From: a bacterium
GTDB lineage: Bacteria; Electryoneota; JAOADG01
Assembly: GCA_963681965.1 (NCBI GenBank)
Contig: OY820579.1
Coordinates: 2,336,001-2,400,000, forward strand
Length of the DNA: 64,000 nt
Direction of reading: 5' to 3'
Every line of letters starts with the position of its first letter. The stretch's first letter is position 1. The position numbers and the translations under genes were made by a program. The notes under the pieces are model-generated. The model was given only the letters and a program-made list of their open reading frames with translations, was not told where the DNA came from and did no database searches. Shown piece by piece: positions 28,642-36,646 of this stretch.

Positions 28642-31545
28642 ATGATTTCAATTTCACCTCTTAAATTAGACCTGCCTTCTATTTTCATTGGTTTATCTAC
28701 CCTCAGTATCCACGATGAGATAAACACTAAAGAAAACATTAACGATTTAATTATTGATCACGGTAAGTATTTTGGGAGATTGTGTCCTAATGATAATTAT
28801 TATAAATATTATTATAACCCTTCGTTTTATTATATGTTTAGTAAATTTGATTTATTGTCAATTTGCCTAACAGACGATTATCAATTAGGAACACAGAAAT
28901 TTGGATCACATCATCCTGATTGGAAAGGGAAATATCCCTTCCAATTTCAAACGATCATTGGACCATCTCCGAATAAAGATACAATTGAACTGTCCAAGGA
29001 AACATTTTTAAATCCAACAAATTGTCCACTAATAGCACTTTGCCAATTGAAAATCAATTGTTCGTTTATTATTGGAGGTGGTATAGAAATACTAAAGATA
29101 TTTATCGAAGCGATTAACGAGCACTTCAACGATTATAAACAAAAAAATTCAAGCTCCTGTATACATATACTTGTTAATAACTCTTTTTCTTGGCACGATT
29201 TAACAATACTTGTATTTTCAAATAGTTATATAGATATATTAAAATATATAGTTAATCTTCGTGAATTAACCTTGAATCGCCTTCTGAAGGATTCGCATTT
29301 AAGAAATAGATTCGAAAGTATAAGAAAAAGGTTATTATTTGAAAAAGAAACAAAATCTAAGGGAAATTTAAAGGTTGACAAAAACATAGATATTTATGAA
29401 TCACATTTATTTTCTGTATCTGTGACTTCTCTAGGGTTCGATTTTAAATATTTTGAAGAGTATAGTAATATTATTAGTAAGTGTAATGAAGGATATGAAA
29501 AATTTAAATTCAATATTAATAATATTATAAATGAAAAGAAGCCTTCTCTTTTTCCAATCAGACGGTGGATGACAAAGGCAGGTCACTTACAGTCTGCAAT
29601 TAATACACTTGAATTTCTTGATGATTGCGCTGATAATTCAAGTTTAGCCAAAATTTACCCTCGATTGCCATTTGGCGTAAAATATTTTGTTTGTACTGGT
29701 CGTGGTGGTGATCTAATAAACTATCCAATCAATAGCGTGCAAGACGATAAGGATAATAATATAGCTAATAAAAATTATTTGGATTTAAAAGCGTTAACTA
29801 GTAAGGAACTTATTGAATTTACATTAGAAAATCGATTTAAAGTCGATCAACACGATATTATTAGTGTTTATACATTCATATCAACTTTCTCTGATGAGGT
29901 TTTAAATGATGAGATTAGTCATGTTGAAAAAGAGAAGCATTTTGAACCAATCTTTGAGGATAAGTATCAACATAATGTAATAAAATACCAAACTACATCA
30001 GTAGGAAATTTTAACCAATTTCATAACTATATGAGACAAGGCGTAGCGATGGTGAATGATACTCGTTTATGTCATTCACTTGAAAAGTACAACCAATGCA
30101 TCCGCGACCGTTTACTTTTTTCAAATTTCATAGAATTGCGCGAAAGTATTAATGAATTCTTATTATCTGCAATAAATAGAATTAAATTAGGTGGAACACT
30201 AAATTCAGTTAATGAATACATTGGCTCCTTTGTCGATGCACTGGATGTTGCTTGGCGCAATCGCTATTACATGTCTTGGGATTTAAGTGATTTGACAGAT
30301 TTTAATCTGGAGTATAAAGGTGGTATTCAGTTGATTGTTACTGCAGTAAATGGAGCTTATAAAGCTATTACCAGTAATATCGGCGTTAAAGGATCTTTCG
30401 CATTTATTTCAGGATCTACTAGTGTAAAGGCAACTGGTAGAACAATGCATCTAAACTACGATGAAGTATTTTTTCCAGAATTCTTTGCTGTTCATGTTTG
30501 TCACGAAGCAGTAGAAAATTTATTGAAAAAAGTATACAATGATCGTATCTATGAGAAATTAGGTTACATCCAAGTACGAGATACTGAATATAGAAAATTT
30601 TTCGATGCGATGATTAATATTGTCAATCCTGACTTCGGCCCAAAAATGATTCAATCAGCTAATGAGAGAGTTATTAATAAATTTCCAAATTTTGAAAAAA
30701 TATTAAGAAAGCACCAAGTTTTATCCCAAGATCTCTGTACCGAAATATTCGCTGATTTTAATGCTTACTATTTCGTTTTTCGTAGAGATAAGGATTTATT
30801 TCTTTTTTGGTATCGACAAATGTTCCTTGGTGAGTCAGCTGCATGGATCAAAGAACCTGAGATTAGCAAGTTAAGCGAAACCGATGCAAAAAGTATTTTT
30901 AAATACTCAATCAACGAAGGTCTACTTTACCAATATTTATTACGCCTAGTTATTGTTCTTGGTCCAAATTCTAAAGATCTTATTTATGAATATTGGAAAG
31001 ATCCAGACCCGAAACTCTTTCGCTTAAAATACAGTAAATATACCGAGTTACACGATCTAGTCGTTGAGTTTTTTAAAGAACCAGCTCTTAAAGAATGGTT
31101 AGAATCTGTATATGGTTATTTAGAAGGTAAAGAGAAAGAGATCGGTGAAGCCGATGATTACTTACGTTATGAATTACTGAAAAATTCATTCGAGTCAGGT
31201 CATGTGATTAGTTACAAACAAACTGACATAGACAATCGCGCCAAGAAAACTTTTCAATTTACGACGTCCGTTTTGCATTCATATCTTAGACTTATGCATG
31301 AAAAAATAACTGATAACGATCCTGAATCTAAAGATGACAAATCACATATTTACTTAGTTGAACGCAAAGGCGATGGGTATATTAAGGTATATGATAATAG
31401 CCAATTTTGTTACGATATTCGAGGTGGAATGTATATTAACGATCACCAAAATAGATTAAATTATATGCGTTATCGTAACGTCCTCATGATGTCACTTTGG
31501 GATATGGCTACTAAAGATAAGATTCATGATATCGATATTTGTTGA
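28642..31545 (+). CDS. Hypothetical protein (~967 aa) with zincin-like HExxE...ExxAD motif
   Basis: AGGAG RBS then ATG 28642. HVCHEAVE at ~30493-30516 and EIFADF at ~30742. Confidence 0.8.
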   Translation: MISISPLKLDLPSIFIGLSTLSIHDEINTKENINDLIIDHGKYFGRLCPNDNYYKYYYNPSFYYMFSKFDLLSICLTDDYQLGTQKFGSHHPDWKGKYPFQFQTIIGPSPNKDTIELSKETFLNPTNCPLIALCQLKINCSFIIGGGIEILKIFIEAINEHFNDYKQKNSSSCIHILVNNSFSWHDLTILVFSNSYIDILKYIVNLRELTLNRLLKDSHLRNRFESIRKRLLFEKETKSKGNLKVDKNIDIYESHLFSVSVTSLGFDFKYFEEYSNIISKCNEGYEKFKFNINNIINEKKPSLFPIRRWMTKAGHLQSAINTLEFLDDCADNSSLAKIYPRLPFGVKYFVCTGRGGDLINYPINSVQDDKDNNIANKNYLDLKALTSKELIEFTLENRFKVDQHDIISVYTFISTFSDEVLNDEISHVEKEKHFEPIFEDKYQHNVIKYQTTSVGNFNQFHNYMRQGVAMVNDTRLCHSLEKYNQCIRDRLLFSNFIELRESINEFLLSAINRIKLGGTLNSVNEYIGSFVDALDVAWRNRYYMSWDLSDLTDFNLEYKGGIQLIVTAVNGAYKAITSNIGVKGSFAFISGSTSVKATGRTMHLNYDEVFFPEFFAVHVCHEAVENLLKKVYNDRIYEKLGYIQVRDTEYRKFFDAMINIVNPDFGPKMIQSANERVINKFPNFEKILRKHQVLSQDLCTEIFADFNAYYFVFRRDKDLFLFWYRQMFLGESAAWIKEPEISKLSETDAKSIFKYSINEGLLYQYLLRLVIVLGPNSKDLIYEYWKDPDPKLFRLKYSKYTELHDLVVEFFKEPALKEWLESVYGYLEGKEKEIGEADDYLRYELLKNSFESGHVISYKQTDIDNRAKKTFQFTTSVLHSYLRLMHEKITDNDPESKDDKSHIYLVERKGDGYIKVYDNSQFCYDIRGGMYINDHQNRLNYMRYRNVLMMSLWDMATKDKIHDIDIC

Positions 31546-31702
31546 TGAATTGTGATAAAGATGAAGCAGTTCTGATGCTCGAGCATCACATAAGATCACA
31601 TCACCAAGTATGTGATATGCCGTCACAATTATAACAATTCATCACACGTGATCATTTGTCACAGTTTATCGACTTGACTTCGAATCGAAAATTGTCGAGA
31701 TT

Positions 31703-31748
31703 GGAGCTAACGGCTCAATTGTTCAATCCATCCAGTAACCGTTAGCTC
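31703..31748. promoter_or_regulatory. Candidate integrase arm-type sites, right (inverted pair)
   Basis: GGAGCTAACGG at 31703-31713. TAACCGTTAGCTC at 31736-31748 is the reverse complement of 1351-1363. Confidence 0.65.
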
Positions 31749-31787
31749 TCGAGAAATGGTAATCTACTAATTCTATTAAGATTACAC

Positions 31788-31855
31788 TAGCTCAATCGGA
31801 TAGAGCACAAGCCTTCTAAGCTTGGGGTTGTGGGTTCGAGTCCCGCTGGGCGCGC
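31788..31855 (+). repeat. attR core: displaced tRNA-Arg fragment lacking the 5' acceptor strand
   Basis: Identical to 1257-1324 but preceded by ATTACAC instead of GCGCCTA. Confidence 0.95.
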
Positions 31856-31912
31856 TTATTTGGTTCTTAATCCTTGGTGATTGGTTCTAAGTACTTAGGA
31901 TAATAAAACGTT

Positions 31913-31944
31913 AAAAAAAGGGCGAATAAGACTCGCCCTTTTTT
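31913..31944 (+). terminator. Bidirectional intrinsic terminator (likely original tRNA terminator)
   Basis: AAAAAAAGGGCGA-ATAAGAC-TCGCCCTTTTTT. Confidence 0.85.
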
Positions 31945-32561
31945 GATTTTAGCACGAACCTTGCAGTCGGGTAGGAAAGAGGGTTCGAACCTGCTGGGCA
32001 CGCTCGTTTCGGAAGTTAAGCTTGAACTTCAGACGAATAGACATCAATTTCCACATTGATCCACTTAGCCTTACAACAGTTGCACTACCATCAAAATTCC
32101 AGGTGATCAAATCGAAAGGCGCTCATCACCGCGAGCGTCAATCCACCGATTGTTGCAGCGAACGAATCGATTGAAGTGAAGTACGTGAGATTAATCTTGT
32201 CATATCATCAGAAGCATTCAGATTGACGAATTTCGGATGTGAAGTTTGAGAAGTTCGTACGTATATATAGTATGAGGATGATGTTTGAATTCGAGTATTT
32301 TGATCATTGGATCGCTGTACAAATTAATATTTAGAGACCTACACAATCCTGTGCTCGCATCAGTAAATCACACATCATTGATCACCAGAGTAATCGATTC
32401 GGAACAATTCACATATAAAAATCTTGATGATTACAAATCCAGTAGTACTTGTTATCTCTAAATGAAACTTTCGTGCGATTGATCTTAACAATCAATTTCG
32501 AATGAATCAGATTGGATGTCGTTAGACTGATCTGCCCCCATTATTTGTACCAGTGTCTATG

Positions 32562-33437
32562 TCACACTGGTCTCATTCCTGCGTAGCGTAGCGGAGCAGG
32601 AATGAGTGGTAACTCTGTTTCCGGTGCCGGCGGCAGATAGCCCAAAGAGCTGTGCGGTCGAATCGTATTGTAATGGTGCCGCCATTGTTCGATAATCACC
32701 TTTGCTTCCAATATGGTATCAAAGATTTCACCCTTCAGCAACAGTTTCAACCGACAGTTAAAACTTTCGATGTATCCGTTTTCCCACGGGCTGCCAGGCG
32801 TAATAAACAAGGGTTGCACATCAACCCGGGGCAGCCACGCTAGTACCTCATTCGCCGTAAACTCAGGGCCATTGTCACTACGAACATGAATCGGTGTACC
32901 TCGTACTACAAACAGTTCTTCCAGTACGCAAAGAACATCATCCGCCTTGATCTTCCGGGCTACCAGGATCGCAAGGCATTCCCGGGTGTATTCGTCCATG
33001 ATCGCAAAGATCTTGAACGAACGACCATTCGACGTATGCCACGTGACAAAGTCGAAGCTCCAGACATGATCCGGATGTTCCGGACGTAGACGGATGCAGG
33101 AACCATCATTCAGCCACAGTCTTCGACGCTTCTTCTGCTTCTTCGGGACCTTCAGTCCGGACTGTCGCCAGATCCGTTCCACCCGTTTGTGGTTTACCCG
33201 CCAGCCGATGTTACGGATCATCGCCGTTACGATCCGGTAGCCATACCCGCCATACTGGCAAGCCAGAAATACCACCAGCGAGACCAACGGGCCTTCGTCG
33301 GCACGACGAAGCGGTGCATACCGGTGACTCGTTCGTGGTTCGCAAAGAACCGTACAGACCCGTCGTTCCGAGACCCGATCAATGCCCAGCGAATGGCGAA
33401 CAGTAAGCGCAGTCTCGCGACGCTTCGCCGGGCACAC
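32562..33437 (-). CDS. IS3 transposase OrfB (DDE integrase core)
   Basis: WSFDF, DEYTREC, SDNGPEF, PGSPWENGYIESFN, YNTIRPHSSLGY. In the -1 frame relative to orfA. Confidence 0.93.
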   Translation of the reverse strand: MCPAKRRETALTVRHSLGIDRVSERRVCTVLCEPRTSHRYAPLRRADEGPLVSLVVFLACQYGGYGYRIVTAMIRNIGWRVNHKRVERIWRQSGLKVPKKQKKRRRLWLNDGSCIRLRPEHPDHVWSFDFVTWHTSNGRSFKIFAIMDEYTRECLAILVARKIKADDVLCVLEELFVVRGTPIHVRSDNGPEFTANEVLAWLPRVDVQPLFITPGSPWENGYIESFNCRLKLLLKGEIFDTILEAKVIIEQWRHHYNTIRPHSSLGYLPPAPETELPLIPAPLRYAGMRPV

Positions 33438-33712
33438 TATTTTCCCTTGAGAGCCTCCTGCAGGATCTCTTTGTCCAAGGTCAGATCAGATACGACCTTC
33501 CGAAGACGGCCATTCTCGCGTTCCAGTTCCTTCAAACGCTTCGCCTGATCCAGCTTCAAACCACCGTATTCCTTGCGCCAGTGGTAGTAAGTATGTTCCT
33601 GGATGCCCAACTTCCGGCAAACTTCACGGACGCTCATCCCCTTCCCAATCTCAACTTCCGCTTCACGAAGCATCGGGATAATCTGCTCCGCAGTTCGCTT
33701 CACTCCACGCAT
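33437..33712 (-). CDS. IS3 transposase OrfA (HTH), with -1 frameshift site
   Basis: EQIIPMLREAE..VCRKLGI..TYYHWRKEYGG..RLKELERENGRL. Slippery heptamer G GGA AAA just before the TAG stop. Confidence 0.92.
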   Translation of the reverse strand: MRGVKRTAEQIIPMLREAEVEIGKGMSVREVCRKLGIQEHTYYHWRKEYGGLKLDQAKRLKELERENGRLRKVVSDLTLDKEILQEALKGK

Positions 33713-33777
33713 GAAAACCTCCCATAAAAGGTACTACTCTGACATAGAGAGTGGTACTACTTTCGGGGGCTAGATCA

Positions 33778-34284
33778 GTTTCAATCGTTCGCGAAATTGG
33801 TCCTATTATGACAGCACTTATTTGCGCTGGCAAGGTTGGTTCCGGTATCGGTGCGGAACTTGCCTCCATGCGCGTGACCGAGCAGATCGATGCGATGCAG
33901 GTATCGGGTACGGATCCGTTTAAATATGTGGTCGTTACTCGGGTACTAGCGGCGATGATGATGATTCCAGTTCTTACGATTTTCTCTGACGCGTCCTCGT
34001 TCTTCGGGTCGTATTTAGGCGTCAATCTACAAGGAGATGTAAGCCTTCAATTATTCCTTTCGCAGGCAATGACGCGGCTTACTTTTACAGATTTGCTCCC
34101 GGCAGTTATCAAGACATTTTTCTTTGGATTCGCGATCGGTATCATCGGAGCTTACAAGGGATACAACGCCAATAGTGGAACAGAAGGTGTCGGAAAGGCG
34201 GCAAATGCTGCCGTCGTGATGGCATCGCTATCGATTTTTATCATCGATTTAATTGCGGTACAGATCGTAAGCATTTTCATTTAA
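33778..34284 (+). pseudogene. mlaE: MlaE-family ABC permease, 5'-truncated at the IS end
   Basis: REIGPIMTALICAGKVGSGIGAELASMRVTEQIDAM..GTEGVGKAANAAVV. Starts mid-protein at the first base outside the IS. Confidence 0.88.
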
Positions 34285-34299
34285 TATCAGGCTAGAGCA

Positions 34300-35112
34300 A
34301 TGGAATCGAAAACTAAAGTGACTGAGATGAATGGGGAGAAACAAGTTCCGGAATCGATCGGATCGAACGACTGTTTGATCGAAGTTCAACATTTAAAAAA
34401 ATCGTTCGGTGAAAGCGAAGTATTGAAAGATGTCTCCTTTGCGGTGACAAAAAGTGAAAGTCTTGCAGTGCTGGGTAAGTCGGGCACGGGAAAATCGGTG
34501 CTCATCAAATGCATTGTGGGTCTGATTGAACCGGATGAGGGAACAATTATTCTATTTGGTAAGGACATTGCGACTGTTTCGAAGAAAGAGCTGGCTGAAC
34601 TTCGAAATAAAATCGGTTTTCTCTTTCAGAGTGCAGCGCTTTACGATTCGATGAGTGTAAGGGAAAATCTCGAATTTCCGCTAAGGAACGTTAAACCGAA
34701 ACCGTCACGAAGCGAAATCGACGAATTAGTCAGCGAGGCTTTGAAGAGTGTCGGATTATCCGATGCCATCGATAAAATGCCATCGGAACTATCGGGCGGT
34801 ATGCGCAAGCGATTGGGTCTTGCGCGAACACTGATTCAGAAACCCGAGATTATGCTATATGATGAACCAACGACAGGTCTCGACCCGATCACAGCAAGAG
34901 AAATCAATTCGCTAATTCTAGAGGTACAAAAAAATAACCAAACAACGTCGATCATCATTACCCACGATATGGAGTGTACGAAAACCACTTCGAACCGGAT
35001 TATCGTGCTGGGAGATGGGCACTGTTTGGCTGAAGGAACGTTCGAGGAACTGGAGCACTCGAACGATGACAACGTGAAGTCATTTTTCGAATGGCAAACC
35101 GAATTGCACTAG
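34300..35112 (+). CDS. mlaF: MlaF-family ABC transporter ATPase
   Basis: GKSGTGKS, FQSAALYDSMSV.EN, LSGGMRKR, LYDEPTTGLDP. Lies between mlaE and mlaD. Confidence 0.92.
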   Translation: MESKTKVTEMNGEKQVPESIGSNDCLIEVQHLKKSFGESEVLKDVSFAVTKSESLAVLGKSGTGKSVLIKCIVGLIEPDEGTIILFGKDIATVSKKELAELRNKIGFLFQSAALYDSMSVRENLEFPLRNVKPKPSRSEIDELVSEALKSVGLSDAIDKMPSELSGGMRKRLGLARTLIQKPEIMLYDEPTTGLDPITAREINSLILEVQKNNQTTSIIITHDMECTKTTSNRIIVLGDGHCLAEGTFEELEHSNDDNVKSFFEWQTELH

Positions 35113-35145
35113 TCAGTGCGACTTCGCGAAAAAGGAGTGTTCGCC

Positions 35146-35910
35146 ATGATCAAAAAATCATCGACTCATATCAAACTCGGGATATTTATTACGAGTGGAC
35201 TAATTTTGTTTGCTTCCGCAATCTATATAATCGGTATGAATCAGCAATTTTTCAATAAGACGTTCCATATTTATGGCATATTCAGCGATGTGAATGGACT
35301 TCAGGAAGGCAACAATATTCGATATGCAGGCATTAAAGTGGGAATTATTGAAAGCATTTTAATGGTAGGCGACACCACGGTGTGTGTTGACATTTCAATC
35401 GATGAATCCGTTCGGAAGTTTATTAAAAAAGACGCTGTTGCATTGATTGGAACCGAAGGTTTAATGGGAAATAAAGCACTCATTATTACGCCCGGAACCA
35501 GTACTTTACCGCAAATTAATTCCGGTGATACAATTAAGACTAGACCTCCGCTGAATATCGATCGAATGATGGGTACAGTCAAGTTAACGAACGATAATTT
35601 GGCGCGCATCACGGATGATATGTCCGAAATCGTCCACTCGATCAGGCAGGGAAAAGGAACGGTCGGTAAACTGCTGATGGATACTACATTTCTGAAAGTT
35701 CCGATCGATAATGTAATCCAAGTTACTACCGATCTACAGGATATCGTCGCCACAATACGCGCTGGCGAAGGTGTTTTGGGAAGATTAGTCGCTGATTCGG
35801 TGGCAACTCGAGAAATTGATACTACACTAGTGAATCTTAAAGAGGCATCAGAGAACTTTAAAATCCTGACTGTAAAGGCGAAGAAGAGTTTTCTGCTTTG
35901 GGGATTTTAG
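35146..35910 (+). CDS. mlaD: MlaD/MCE-family protein
   Basis: N-terminal TM anchor. F.DVNGLQEGNNIRYAGIKVG..IGTEGLMGNK..ITPG. GKGTVGKLL repeat. Confidence 0.9.
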   Translation: MIKKSSTHIKLGIFITSGLILFASAIYIIGMNQQFFNKTFHIYGIFSDVNGLQEGNNIRYAGIKVGIIESILMVGDTTVCVDISIDESVRKFIKKDAVALIGTEGLMGNKALIITPGTSTLPQINSGDTIKTRPPLNIDRMMGTVKLTNDNLARITDDMSEIVHSIRQGKGTVGKLLMDTTFLKVPIDNVIQVTTDLQDIVATIRAGEGVLGRLVADSVATREIDTTLVNLKEASENFKILTVKAKKSFLLWGF

Positions 35911-36194
35911 GAGTCAAATATTCGAGATCTCTTGAAATAGTACAAAATAATAGCTACTAATCTTACTATCTTTGATCGAATAGGAACCTTTGAGAATCAG
36001 GTATCGCAATAATAACCTCTGCGGAGATTCTATATAAATTATCGAATACATGTTATAATCAATACTATTTATCTTTGTTCTCTCGATATATTATTCGACG
36101 ATACACTGCATAATGAAATTGCCAGTCAATTGAATTTGATTAACTAGTAATTTTGAAGCAACACTTAGAGACCATAAATCCCTACCACCATCAC

Positions 36195-36441
36195 GACCAG
36201 GTCGAAAACGGGTGCATGTTTCTCCAAGTACTAATTCATGATTTGATTGGTCTACGAATTGAAGCAGATCATTCTTGTTGACTACTGGAAAATCTACCGA
36301 TTGAAAGAGACGTTGCCAACATTGTTGTTACCGAATATCGCCGCTCGAACGGTTGAAAACAATGTGAAAAAAGTGTAACATTATATTATTGGCGGAAGAG
36401 TGATCACCTCTTCGCCTGTACCCCGGAAGCCCCGTTATCCG
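36195..36441 (+). pseudogene. Decayed paralog of the island XRE gene (2544-2912)
   Basis: DQVEN...(deleted)...YELKQIILVDYWKIYRLKETLPTLLLPNIAARTVENNVKKV*HYIIGGRVITSSPVPRKPRY. TAA at 36376. The HTH portion is missing. Confidence 0.9.
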
Positions 36442-36646
36442 ATCGATGAAGTTGTCACTGATTCGATTGTCACCAATTCGAATTCTAGCGAATTTCATTT
36501 GAGAAAAAGTGGCAGGCTGCTCGCTTGCCACTATTTATTTTACATTTTTCTTCAAAAAACCGTATTGATCGTGGAATTAGGAACTTCGATATGACTATAT
36601 TTAGTAAGGAAATAACCTGAAAAATGGTTCTCTGCTAGGCGAATTG

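Larger units (their letters stand above)
1257..31855. mobile_element. ~30.6 kb integrative genomic island inserted in tRNA-Arg(TCT)
   Basis: Exact 68-bp direct repeat at 1257-1324 and 31788-31855. Tyrosine integrase immediately inside attL; primase-helicase and defence cargo; heterogeneous base composition. Confidence 0.95.
32528..33777 (-). mobile_element. IS3-family insertion sequence (IS407-group-like), 1250 bp
   Basis: Imperfect terminal IRs TGATCTGCCCCC..GTACCA..TCTATGTCA and TGACATAGA..TGGTAC..GGGGGCTAGATCA, with TG...CA ends. Contains orfA and orfB. Confidence 0.92.

Noticed and set aside
31781-31855. Second functional tRNA-Arg
   Set aside because: The 5' acceptor strand is replaced by ATTACAC, which cannot pair with TGGGCGC. 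It is the attR fragment.
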